This document shows positions 12,866 to 25,608 of a DNA stretch of 64,000 nucleotides, one piece after another; within the stretch, counting starts at the first letter, position 1, and each line of letters opens with the position of its first letter. This DNA is from Nemertoderma westbladi (Eukaryota; Animalia; Xenacoelomorpha), in NCBI GenBank assembly GCA_032718475.1, contig JAUCBJ010001185.1, positions 10,315 to 74,314 of the forward strand. The letters run 5' to 3'. The translations under genes and the position numbers were made by a program. Below the pieces are notes generated by a model. That model ran no database searches. It was not told the origin of the DNA and worked only from the letters and a program-made list of their open reading frames with translations.

Positions 12866-13919
12866 GGACACAGGGATAGGCCTAACTGCCTTGCCTAATG
12901 ATGCAGATATCTATAGACCTATTTTCCAGGTTGCAAATGAGGTGCAAATCCAAATGCAAAAATATTACATAATTGTCAATATTACAGCACCGTAGGCCTA
13001 TATTAGGCCTACCGCTATGGCGCTACCGGTGTAGCAGAGAATTTCCACCCCCTAAAAATTCACCCCCCGGTAGTGTACTTTCTTTTCACCCCCTGGTCCT
13101 GGTTTGAATTCACTAGGGTATTTTAACCGGGGGTGAAACAACTCTCAGGCTCAGCTGATTTTTTAGTGAAATGTAACCCTGACTGAACCTCCTTCAGTCT
13201 GTCAGTGTATTCTTACCCCTATGCCTGCATGCTGCCGTGATATTTTAAATTTTAATATAATTTAAATTCGATATAACAGTATAAGAATTGGGATATTATG
13301 TTATATATCTCTGTATCTGTATGTCAGTATGTGTTATATATAAAATTAAAGCTAATTTTTGAGGTGAATATACACTTTTCCAGGTGAATATACGATGCCA
13401 GGTTACAGTTCATTTTTGCTATTTATTTTTTTTGTACTTCCAAAACGTACCCAATGTATCATTGTTAAAACGTGCCCAGTATTTGGGTACGTTTTTGTTT
13501 GGGTACGTTTTAACCAGGGTACGTTTTCACTTGTTCCCGTTAAATTTGCTTCTGTGATTATTCAGTTTTATTCGCTGAAGGTTTTTATTTCCGTATATTA
13601 ACTCTAGAACATTGCAATATTGTATGTATATAGATAGCTGTATTGTATTTTTTAGTAGGATCCGTCTGTCTGTGGTTGCAATATAATGGCTCTCTCTGTG
13701 GGATTCGTGTTTTACAAATGGCCCCTTTTACAATTACGCTTCTCACACAATGCGTTGTGATTTTTGCACCCCATTTGCAGCCTTTGGTACTCGTAGTGCA
13801 GTGAAGAACTGGCATCAATGTACTGTTTATTGACTAATTAACCTCAGTTTTGTATCGCTTGCATAATAAGATAATACAGTTTTTTCTTTTCTCCTTTTTA
13901 ATAAATATTAATTATAACA

Positions 13920-14690
13920 ATGACGGCTCCTCCAGCGAAGATGTCAAAAACTGACAACGGTCCCTCAGTAGATACTGGCCACATTATCGACGGGTCTGGG
14001 GACCACGAAACACACGACGCCATCGAGCAGATAGACGCTGTCCAGAACGAAATAGACAAGCTAAACGAACGGGCTTCAGAGGAAATACTCGCCGTCGAAC
14101 AGAAATACAACAAAGAACGGCAACCCCTGTTCGAAAAGCGCGCGGAAATTATCGACAAAATACCGAACTTTTGGGTGACATCTTTTGTCAACCATCCTGT
14201 CTTCACGGACTTTCTCCACGAGGAAGACACAGAAGCTTTGCAATATCTCACCAAATTGGACGTGAAAGAATTCGAGGACGTGAAATCAGGTTATAAAATA
14301 TCGTTCGTCTTCAAAGCGAATCCTTTCTTCGAGGAATCAGTGCTGGAGAAATCGTTCCATCTCAACGAGATCGGGGAGCCCACATCCAAGTCGACGACGA
14401 TTACCTGGAAGTCGGGGAAGGATCTAACGAAAGCGTCGAGTAACGCGAAGGCCGGAAGGAAGAGGCCGGTGGAAGAGCCGGAGAGCTTCTTCTGTTGGTT
14501 CGACGATAACAGCGAGGCGGCAGCTGACGAACTAGGGGAGGTTATCAAGGACGACATCTGGCCCAACCCCCTGCAATACTACCTACAGGGCGAGGGTGAT
14601 GAGTTAGACGACGACGAAGCTCTCGATGAGATAGAGGAGGAAGAGGAAGATGAAGAGCCCGATGAGGAAGATGAAGGAGAGGAAGGTTAG
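13920..14690 (+). CDS. SET: Protein SET / TAF-I (NAP-family histone chaperone, I2PP2A), intronless CDS
   Basis: 256 aa with [81 protein letters not shown] and an acidic tail, all SET hallmarks. Confidence 0.97.
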   Translation: MTAPPAKMSKTDNGPSVDTGHIIDGSGDHETHDAIEQIDAVQNEIDKLNERASEEILAVEQKYNKERQPLFEKRAEIIDKIPNFWVTSFVNHPVFTDFLHEEDTEALQYLTKLDVKEFEDVKSGYKISFVFKANPFFEESVLEKSFHLNEIGEPTSKSTTITWKSGKDLTKASSNAKAGRKRPVEEPESFFCWFDDNSEAAADELGEVIKDDIWPNPLQYYLQGEGDELDDDEALDEIEEEEEDEEPDEEDEGEEG

Positions 14691-16249
14691 AAGTTTCTAG
14701 TTGAGAATGTTGACGAGAGACATGAGGAAAGGTCCACCTAACCTAGTTGGGATCCTAACTGGAGACTAACGCGTCGCTAAACTTCATCCGAAACTCGTTG
14801 ATTCAACCGCGATGTGGTCGCCGTTTTATATTTAGGATATTTTGCCCTCGATCTCAGACAATGTTGTATTGTTGTACAAACGTGATCATCTGTTTAACAA
14901 GTAGGTAAACTCTTCACTCTTTCGTAATGTAATTCTTATATTGTCAATGTTTGTGATATTTTTGGAGATTTATTTACAGACTGGTTTATTAATAACTAAT
15001 ATTATGATTAGTTAATTGTGCGATATAAATATGGAGGAGTCCTTATTGTTCTATAACAGCAGTTCGGGATTTACTTACAGTTATTGTACAACCAGATTCG
15101 ATTAGCTGTTTATTCTTATTTTATGTCATGTAATTTTGGGCTAATCGTTAAATATCAAAGTTATGTAAATCAGACTATATTTTATATATTATGGCGAACA
15201 GAAAGAACGCTACTAATAATGGGGGGGGGGGGGGGGGGGGGGGCAGCATCAGAGGTAAAGCTGCTACTTAATTTCGAGTTTTTGTGAAGAGAAAACAATC
15301 CGAGTTCGAACAGTTAGGGGAGTTAAAAAAGTATATCACACACTATGGGGGGGGGGGGGGGGGGGGGGTCAAAAACCGGCTTATAAACCCGGCAATAAAA
15401 TGACTTTCCATTGCAGCTAGTGTTTTCGTTGGTAGCTAGACTTTCAAAAAAATACAGAAATAATCATTTAAGCATTACTTACTACACATTGGGTCCCAAT
15501 TAATTTGACCAATTTGTTTCATATAAAAAGGCTTTTATCATGAGGTTTTTTTTCTAGCACAGATATTTGAACTTCTGACTTAGTATCTTATTTTTTTTCC
15601 AAAAAATGTTAATAAGAAATATTTATCAAAATTGAGGAGATACCGTAGCTAATTTAAGTTTGGGATGGGAAGGACCGCAATAAAATAAAAATCCCGATCC
15701 CGAAAATTGTGGATCCCGATCCCGTTGCAAACTTCCTACTATAAAAACATCTACTAATCTTCTAAAACATACACCAATACCAAAAAAAGCATTAAAAAAA
15801 CTATAAAAAAGGACTGGAGAAAATAATGGCAGACGGTGTCGCCGGGGCCAAGTACGGCCCTTTTGTTTTATGAGAGCCAGCTACTGTTTTCGTTGGTAGT
15901 TAGTGTTTCGTTCCAAAAATTATATCTAATTTTACTCGCGATATTTTTACTCGCAATATTTTTGAACTCGCGATATTATCGATATTTTTATATATAACCC
16001 TTATTCAGTGTGGATGCGAAGCTGCTGGTTCCGAAATTGCGGGATGCATGACACTTAATAAGGTACCGGTACTGAAATGTTGAAGCAATACCACCTCCGG
16101 GTCAGTTGTTGGCACAGTATACTTGGCTTGATGTTATTAATTAAAGGATTCAAGGTAAGAATGAATACACGAAGTGGGGTATTCGCGCAGCACGTGACAA
16201 AAAGTGTCTTATGTTAAGTGTCAACTCGAAAGAATTATAAGTAAAGTTT

Positions 16250-16910
16250 AAGTAGATGTCCCCTAATTAATTTACCACCAGAGGTAGACTGGGTAACTAC
16301 AGCCGATTTAAGACCCCGCAATATCTCAGTCTGAGGTCTAGTGCCATGTGTCAATCAGGAAGAAAGGATTATAAACAATATGACGTAATGGCTGAAGGTT
16401 TTCATTTCAGATATTTCTATAATGTTTCTATTTCCCCAGCGGTAGACTGGAAAACTGCCGAGGGATTACTGTCTAACACAAAGACGCAGCCTGTTGATGG
16501 TCTACGGTCTAGCATGTAGGGGCCTACTGTATAAGTTTGCCAAATGTCAGCATAAACGGATAACAAATAACGAAATAATTCACTTTCAGACCTTTAAGCG
16601 GCAAACTGTAGAAGTATAGATGGAGTAGACCTACCGTCCCACAAAGAAGCTCCCAGTTTTCTACATAGTACCGGCACATATATGCCAAGTTTCAGCTTAG
16701 ACGAATTAAAGTCACGCAAATGGGAGAAGGTTTTAACTTTCAGACATTTCGCCCTCTAGCGGCAGACTGGATAACTGCAGATGAATCAACTCCATCAAAA
16801 GACGCAGCACGTGGTCTGGTACATATACAGTATCCCAAGATTCAGTTTAAACAGATTTCGTTGATGCTCCCTGTTCACTGTGGCTCGCCCCACAAAGACC
16901 ATAATGTATT
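16250..16910 (-). mobile_element. Degenerate HINE-like repeat (related to 21185-21470)
   Basis: TGGCTCGCCCCACA (16881) is the reverse complement of TGTGGGGCGAGCCA (about 21187). CGCCCTCTAGCGGCAGACTGG mirrors CCAGTCTGCCACTAGATGGCG. Internal repeated GGTAGACTGG modules. Confidence 0.5.
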
Positions 16911-17074
16911 GTAACAAGACAAGTCAGATTTTATATAGTCATAGATACATAGCAATGCATAAAAGCAGTTTACCGCAGTACAAATCGTCTGGCAGTTTAC
17001 ACTGGACTAAGTCTATCACCACTTATACTGTAGGCCTACCGGTATATCGACTGACTAAATATCGTTCATAAACA

Positions 17075-18240
17075 AGAAAATAATTATTATTTATTACAAT
17101 GGAAAAAAGTAGACCTTTTTTTTCACTATTCTCGAGGCATTTTATTTACCGAGCGTCAGCGAGTTTAATAAAGGATCGAGAGAATATTGATAAAAATGTT
17201 CTACGTTTTTTTCCGATGTAATAGGTCTACGTAATTTTATTCTTAAATTGGCACTTTTTGTTGCTTAATTCTTTAGTTAAACTTACAGCGGTATACTGTA
17301 GTGGTACAAAATAAATTGAACTATAGTATTTTACTATATTGCTATTATATATTATTTTACTATTACTAAATTATTGTACTCTTCAACTCCTGATGCTGCC
17401 CTACTCAATGTTAAATAATTTAGTGTTCTCGAATATTTATTACGTAACTAGAGACCGCTTAACAACATAAACCAATATTGGATATTGAGTTCCGTTTTGG
17501 TTTTGGAGTACCGGTACGCCGCGCAGACACTAAATTTGCCATACCTTTTGAGTCAGTGCATGGATTTTGCTCAAATTACGTGCAAACCCTTTCTACGTCA
17601 ATGCTGTTTGAACACATTTAATAAAATTTAAGAAATTCCACCATAAAAAATTTTTATTTTCCTTTTTTCGACGGGAAAAAAAGTAAAATCAATGCAATCA
17701 TATAGGTTACTTTTTTCCCTAGGGAAAAAGTTCAACTTTTTCTCCCGATTTTGGTGTAAATTCGAGCGAAAAAGTAACAATCTAAGAATAAAAAAATGAT
17801 TTTCATAAAAAATGAAAAAATAATTATTTATTACATGGGGATAAAAGTTGAACTTTTTTTCACTATTCTCGAGGCATTTTATTTACCAAGCGTCATCGAA
17901 AGTAAATAAAGGGTCGAGAGAATATTGAAAAAAATCAGTTTTTCTACGTTTTTTTCCCCATGTAATACGTAATTTTATTCTTAAATTGGTACTTTTTGTT
18001 GCTCAATTCTTTAATAAAAGATAGAGCGATTCCATAGTTACTGCAATTCAAATTATTATACTCTTCAACTCCTGATGCTGCCTTACTCAATGTTAAATAA
18101 TTTAGTGTTCTTGAATATTTATTACGTAACTGGAGAGCCGCTCAACAACATAAACCAATATTGGATATTGAGTTCCATTTTGGAGTTCGTCTTGCAGACA
18201 CTAAAGTTGCAATATAATAACTTCTGAGTGGATGCATGGA
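17075..18240. mobile_element. Two adjacent copies of an unclassified AT-rich dispersed repeat with internal inverted symmetry
   Basis: AATAATTATTATTTATTAC...TTTTTTTCACTATTCTCGAGGCATTTTATTTACC at about 17080 and 17819. Related pieces at about 9690, 21850-22140 (inverted) and 22235-22435. Confidence 0.7.
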
Positions 18241-18769
18241 TTTGATGATTTTTTGCGATTTATTTCACAATGCCGCCTTTATCATCCAAATGTCTCGTTA
18301 AATTCCGAAGATCTGATCTGATCAGATATGGATGCTAAAACAATTAATTATAAAGTTCATAATATAATTTTTATATATTTTATGATAAAATAATATTTTT
18401 TAAGAGTGTACTAAATGTATAATGTATGCCATTCATTGGCTTACATCAGTAGCTTATGGTGGTATATTAAGTAAAATAAGGTAAATAATGTAAGATCTCG
18501 GGAAATATAAATATGCGGAGTTTTGAGTTTACGAATGGCAGACTTTACAGTAATAAACGTCCGTATTAACCACGCGCTTTATCCACCAAAGTATTAAGAA
18601 ATAACATATCTTTCATATTTATTAACTAGGGACCACAGGTATTACTGTCACAAGTCAGACCTGATATGAATCTGTGTTGATTGATTGAGTGATTAATCGA
18701 AACTGATGAATAACGAATTTCCTAATTTCTTCAAACCATAGGTACTGTAGATACCCTAAATATAAGGTC

Positions 18770-18980
18770 ATTTTCAGACTAAGAGGGTCAGGGGTTTAGC
18801 AACTGGGCGCTTTGATTGGCTAATGCTGAACAGTCACTCGCAAATTTTCCGATTAAGAGGGTCAGGGGTTTAGCAACTGGGCGCTCTGATTGGCTAATAT
18901 TGAACGGTCACTCGCAAATTTTCAGACTAAGAGGGTCAGGGGTCTAGCAACTGTGTGCTCTGATTGGCTAATACTGAACC
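18770..18980. repeat. 74-bp tandem repeat x3, each with a reverse CCAAT box
   Basis: AAGAGGGTCAGGGG at 18781, 18855 and 18929. Each unit contains TGATTGGCTAAT. Confidence 0.9.
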
Positions 18981-21184
18981 TCATTAAAACTCATTCTCAT
19001 TCTCAAACTCATCCCTCATTTAAAACGACATTTTTAAATTATCCCTATGAACATGCCACCATAGTCTCTAAACTCTGGGAGGGTGGAGATTACGCGCGGG
19101 GGAGGGGGTGGGGGGTGGTTGGGTGGTCTAGAAATCGGATGCTTTTTTATTATTGGCTAATACTGAACTTTGTCGCTAATGCAATCCAAAATGCAATTTT
19201 TGAATTCTCATAAGGAACATCCCACCCCATAACACTTTGTTAGGGTTTATATAGAGATATAACTAATTTTATAAAAGTTTTTTCGCAAAGATAATTGTGA
19301 ATTTAGCAACCTATTTTACTTTAATATGTAATTTATTTTTTCCCATGAAGTTTAGTTATTACAGGAATAACAGTCACATATTTTTACAACACCTGCAGTT
19401 CAGCCTACAGTCAGACAGTGTGATGTAGATGCAATTGGGCATCCTTAGCGCCGTATAGTGGTGTGTGGTGTATCTAGTTCCGTATATTGGAACGCCTAGT
19501 TACAACAAATCCCATGGCCATGGCAACACATAGTAACCGCGAAAAACAATGCACCTACTGTCGACTGCACAGCACAGTGCACGGTATGTACATTTCAACG
19601 TACAAGTACTGAAGTAACCCATAGTCTGACAGACTGACAGAGTCAATTTTAGAATTTGTAGGTACCGGTTACCAGTAGGCCTACCTATGTAATACCTACT
19701 TTACAGTGCTACTATGTACTCAGTACTACAGTAGGTCGATGCCTGGATGCGGGTATGTCAGTATGTGCTATAAAATGCCATGCTATAGTATAAATTCATA
19801 AGTATTTTTGTACTGCTACGGCTACCGGTACCTGGCTAAGTTATCCTGTTGTTATCATCAGATCATATCAGGTCAGGGCCAGGGGTCAGGCAGACTTCAG
19901 GACCACTGAACGTGAACAGTACAGCAGTCCCCCATCCCATAATACGGTACCGGTAATACTGACATAGGCCTAGAACTGTAGAATGAATAGAAATTCAGGA
20001 TACCACGTATAAATGTAAATGTAATAATATAGGCCTATAAAATAAAAAATAAAGTACAGCAATAACTGTAGTTTAACATTAGGCCTAGTCAGTGTAATAA
20101 AATATAGTAAAATTGAGTAAGATTGGCACAATATTACGAAGCTCATATTTATTTACGTATAATATAGTAAAATACAGATTTGCATAGGCCTAATCAATAT
20201 TATATTATAACAAGCTTTTTATGATGTCGATAATTGCACAATTGGTACCGGTAGCAGGTAGGCTTATTACTGTATTATCTGATGGTTTATTAATTTCTCA
20301 ACATGTTCACACTAGGCTGCTACTACTTTAGATCTTATTACGGAACTAATTCATCGATTCGGGGATATACCAGTATAATGCTGCTATAGTATATATCATA
20401 TACCGGTACTCATACACATAATTACACATTGCTGCATTTGATTCCGGTGCGACGAAAATTGGTAAAGAATACGCACTAGGCTACCGATTTAAGATTGACT
20501 GGCGGCAGTTGGTCCATGGTCCACCATCACGCACATCTACACCTATTACTGTATTAACTTTGAAGTGCTGCGCAGTTCCGAAATGTAAGTACCGGTAGAT
20601 GAATACTGGAGTGAGATGCCTTGGTCAATATTTGGCAGTAGGGGACGCCATATCGACGCAAATCCGATCAATGTTAATTTATCAATTTAATTAAGGGAAA
20701 GGAGCCGATTACCGTTACAGTGACATGTTATTCTAACCAAAACAATAGCCGCAACCCGTAACTAAAGTCAATAGATAAATTTGCAAAATAATTGAAAATA
20801 AAAATGAAATTAATAATGAAATGAAATGAAAATAATAGAAAACAAATATAAATTTCCAAAATAACTAAGGTCGTTTCTAAAATCTAAATAGCATGTTAGT
20901 GAAGTACGTAGCTTGTATAGGGTGAAATAATAATTCATTATTCTAAAAAAATCTTGGATATTATGAATAACACATAAAAATTAAACGTTTAGAAGTGGCC
21001 ATCAAGACAATATTATAACTTGAATTCCAGAAAGCTATAGAACACAGTTCTAACATTCAAACGATTACGATGTTTGTAAATATATTCTGTAAATAGGTTA
21101 TCCGGGGGCAAGAAAGTTTTGGGTTTCGTTTCGTTATTTATTTGTAATTGTATTATTTACGTCATGATTATCAACGTACTCAGT

Positions 21185-21470
21185 AATGTGGGGCGAGCCA
21201 CAAATCCATACTTAGCATACTGGTGCAGTTATCTCAGACCATAGTTTGTCGGTTGGTTTGTCGGTATGTCTGTCGTGTAATGTTTGAAGGCCAATAACTC
21301 AGTCAATCTTTCACGAAAATAAACCAAACATCGGTAGGGCAACAAATATAGTCTGTCAAAAGTTGAAAATAAAATATGCGGTGAACTCCCAGTCTGCCAC
21401 TAGATGGCGAAATATGTTAAAGTGGAATCTAGCCCATTTCCGCGCCATTTTGGTCGGACTACCTTGAACG
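21185..21470 (+). mobile_element. HINE-like repeat fragment just upstream of the first MAGI coding exon
   Basis: GTCG/GTTG/GTCT microsatellite after the shared TGTGGGGCGAGCCA terminus; related to 16250-16910. Confidence 0.45.
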
Positions 21471-21538
21471 ACCCCCCTTTGTGTCTCTCCAGGTAGCGAC
21501 TCATACTGACCGCGTTATGCGAGTAAGTTGGACCACAG

Positions 21539-21736
21539 ATGGGCACTTATAACGATCAGCAGGAAGGAGAACCGAATGTGACGTCACACAACACCGAGGA
21601 CTGGGTGGACACGTTGCAGAATGTCCAAGTCCATCAGGTACTCGATGCGGACGGGAGACTCAACTTCGGGATCGAGGGTGGGGCTGACAACGCAGAGTTC
21701 CCTTACATCGGCGTTGTATTCTACAACGAGATCAAG
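21539..21736 (+). CDS. MAGI: MAGI-family protein, coding exon 1 (start of PDZ0)
   Basis: DW...DGRLNFGIEGGADNAEFPYIG resembles the MAGI PDZ0 N-terminus. Acceptor TCTCTCCAG ends at 21492. Donor AAG|GTGAGT at 21737, phase 0. Confidence 0.88.
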
Positions 21737-22825
21737 GTGAGTTCCCGGGGTAAACGGGAAGTTTTTATATAACCGCCAGTTAGGGAGTTATACAAAATCT
21801 TCATGTCAAATATTCCAATTAAATTTCGTACGAAAATTGAAAACCTTTTATTCTTCACAAAAGTTGTTTTATTCTTAATTGTTACTTTTTCGCTCGAATT
21901 TACCCCAAAATTTGGAGATAAAAAAAAGTAACCCATACGATTGCATTGATTTTACTTTTTTCCCCGTCGAAAAAGGTAAAATAAAATATTTTTGGTGGAA
22001 TTTCTTAAATGATCGCTGAAAGAGTAGAAAAGGTTTGCAAGTAATTTGAGTAAAATCCATTGACAAACTCTAAAGTTATTGCAACTTAAGTGTCTGCGAG
22101 GCGAACTCTAAAACGGAACTCAATACCCAATATTGGTTGATGTAGTTAAGCGGCTCATTAAGCGGCTCATTAAGCGGCTCATTAAGCGGCTCATTAAGCG
22201 GCTCATTAAGCGGTTAATTTCAAAGAGTAGAGAGAATAATTACGTGCAAACCTTTTATACTTCGATGTTCTTTCAAGTTTCAACACAAAAGTAAAATTGA
22301 AGAAATTCCACCAAAAATATTTTAATTTCTTTTTTTCGCCGGCCCTATGGGTAACGTTTTTCCCTATGCAAAAAGTGCTCCTTTTTCTCCCGATGTTGGG
22401 ATATATTCGAGTGAAAAAGTAACAATTTAAGATTAAAATATATTTGTATTCAGTGGCGTAAAGGATAATTTCTGTGGTACCGGTATATTTATTTATATCT
22501 TTATGCTACCGGTATATTATTAGATTGATTTTTCTAAATCACTAAACATATTTGGTGTTTGTGAAAACAATAAAAACTAACGAAAACAATAAGCGGTAGT
22601 CAATATAGCACATCGTCGTCAGCTGTTATTTGCGGCGATTGTCCCCCGTGGAGGATAGGGTTGGATATGTTCGTAAACAATTTCGTTAATTAATGAAAAT
22701 TTCAGCACAGAGTAACTGTATTGAATTGTATAAGTTGTATGTTTGAGTAATATTATGGCGATCATATTTAGGGAAACCCAAAGATGAACAGGTAAAAACA
22801 TCCAAATGGTAAAGATAAAACTAAC

Positions 22826-23701
22826 ACTACTACTACTATAATCGGCCTGCAGCATTGAAACTGCACATATTTTGTCACCACCACGCAATCCACAATTGGC
22901 AAGCCCAATGCAGCATGCATTAAGAATGCTATGCCGGCTTATCAACAAAGTTGTACCGCCACAACTCCCTATTCCCCATGACTTTCGCGAGATTATCCGC
23001 ATTTCCAAGGTCATTGTCCTTTTGGGGGCGTTTCACGAAAGTCATGGACTGTCCACCATGTTTATTTTCTCCATGGGGCTGCCAAAGCACAAGATTGTAC
23101 ACAGACTGGTCATCACGGCGAAAACAATGTCCTACAAAGCGGATGCGGCTTCGTTCTAGTGTCAAGTTTGGGGGAACCAATGGGACACCTCCAATGTTAT
23201 ATAGTGTCTGGTTAGAGATGTGTGCATTGTACTTGACACAGTGAACCCAGCGTAGCATTCTTGTGAATCTTCCATCCAGAGATTTGGTGTCCTCAGCAGT
23301 TAGAGCCCAGCATGGACTCCCGTAGAGGAGTACTGGAACTACTACTGCTCTAAATAATCGGACCTTAAGTTTCCGATTAATTCTATGTGACTTCCAAATC
23401 CTGGAAAGCCAATGCAATGCTGCCCATGCCTTTCCCTTACGTATTCGAAGGACCTCATCTGACTTCCGGATCCATGATCCCAGATAACAGAAGTCGTCCA
23501 CATGCTCAAGCATACCATCCTTTGAGCTTTTCATTTGCTCATCCGGTCAGAGATTTGCTGAGGACTTTCAAAGTTAACTGTCAAAATTTGTGTATTTTTG
23601 GAGATAACAAAAAGACGAACACAAGAAGCCGTTGGGCTCCTTCTAGTGATTCTGAGAGTACTCCTAAGTCATCAGCAAAGTTTAGATCAGCTAGGTACTT
23701 G
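22826..23701 (-). mobile_element. RTE-clade LINE (family A), 3' part, interrupted at 23701 by a TIR element
   Basis: RT C-terminal motifs FCYLGS, LLYGSPCW, GHCFRR; (TAG)n tail at about 22826-22838; similar to 31591-32440. Confidence 0.92.
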
Positions 23702-24924
23702 AGTAGTAATAGTATGCCACTCTCTGCGACAGTTAGACCAACTTCGCACCTTGGGTGTTAAGTAGGTCATTAATTAATTAAACAATTAATTAATTGGTCG
23801 ATTAAACAATTAATTAATTGTTTAATCAATCGATTTGTATCAAATAATGTTGCCAAAGGCAATTTAATATGATACAAATCAATCAGATAGGGATGCGCAA
23901 TGAATAAATTGTACTATAACAAACGAAATATACAACACAATAGGCACTGTACAATATAATATACAATACATTTGTATTATTTTTGTTGTACAGTAGGTAA
24001 AGGTAGAATTAAATATAAACATGCGAGCGGGGCCCAAAACATAAATTACCCTTTCAAGAAAATAAAGTGGGCCAGTTTGGCCCTGAGTCATCCCTCAATA
24101 ATCTGCGGCCGTTGGGCTCTTATTAGATGTGGTATGACTAACCCCACCATTGAGTTATACTGCATGTCAACGCGTGGGTGGGACTGCCTTGGTATGTTGC
24201 CTTGATAGCCTTTAGCTTCGTTATCATGTAAGATTGGAAACCTTCGGTTTGCATCTTACGCGCCAGCATCACCTCAATCGCACATAGGCCAACTACAACC
24301 ATTAATTACCGCACATACGAGCGCATATGTTAATTTAAACCTGCGCGCCTGATCGCACATAATTAAATAAAGCCCTCTTTTAATACATAAGTTATATACA
24401 GTTTATCTTCAATTTATTGAATTTGTTTTTATTTACAACCCTAATTGTTCTTCTGTATTATAATTTAAGTTTTATTATAACAAGCTATATCCTGTTAATC
24501 TTATTAATTTTATTTGTACTGAGGTTTTCGAAGGCGCTGTTTCCAATGGTCCTACTCTCAAAACGATCTAACCTACTGTATAATTAATTACTTAAGTCTG
24601 CGAGGTATGCGTAAGTAACAAATCTCGTTTACCAGTTTTCCTTAAAAAATATGAAGCTATATTGCTTAAGATTTCTGAGGGGCGAGCCATGAGGTAAGAT
24701 GTTTGAGACTTTTTTAGATATATTATTACTTAATTTTGACCCCCCAGTCGATATCTATTACAATATAGGCTATATCTTTTTGCGGAGTCACAGAGTAGTC
24801 TGAAGATCCGAGTCTGCTGCTAGAGGGTGAAATGTCTCAAAGTAAAAACCATACGGTAGCTATGAATTGGTTACTAGGCAATAATACTACATTTTGTATA
24901 GTTAGGTCTATTGCTGATCGAACG

Positions 24925-25008
24925 AAAACTGCCCTGGTCCATGTGAGGATTGAACCCACGACCTATTGGAGATGTGAATTCAAAGCAACCACTACACCAA
25001 GGTGGAAC
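24925..25008 (-). ncRNA. tRNA-like Pol III cassette in left TIR
   Basis: Reverse-complement copy of 27114-27197. Confidence 0.55.
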
Positions 25009-25079
25009 AGTAACGTTTGAATTTGTTCGTTAACGTTCGAATTTGTAAGACTCTGATTTAAGACCTGAGGCACTCCCCA

Positions 25080-25290
25080 CACCACACCACACCAAGCCAC
25101 AGCCACAGCCACAGCCACAACCACAGCCACAGCCACAACCACAGCCACAGCCACAGCCACAGCCACAGCCACAACCACAGCCACACCACACCACAGCCAC
25201 ACCACAGCCACAACCACAGCCACAGCCACAACCACAGCCACAGCCTCAGCCACACCACAGCCACAGCCACACCACACCACAGCCACCACT
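25080..25290. repeat. (CCACAG/CCACAA)n hexamer microsatellite
   Basis: Direct reading; inner edge of the left TIR. Confidence 0.95.
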
Positions 25291-25608
25291 TCTCCCCACA
25301 GGAGAATATTTGTTTATCTGTTGTCAAAATGTTTAACTAATTTGATGTTTTGGTTACTCATTCATTATGCATTTAAAATAGGATCAGACAGGACTGATCA
25401 TTTATAGTGGTTTATAATATATAATATATATTAGACCATTACACAAATTAAAATTACAAATACAATTACCCACCACCACACAAAACGACTCAGAACTCAG
25501 GATCAAGTTGACTTTATTTGTTTAATTAAGCATATTATTATGAAATTACATAATTAATACGACTAAATATAATAAATATTTCAAACATATACAATATTTC
25601 GGTTATAA

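Noticed and set aside
24799-24836. CTGAAGA...GAAA in the TIR as a hammerhead
   Set aside because: No closing pair for stem II (T/T), no stem III or stem I complement.
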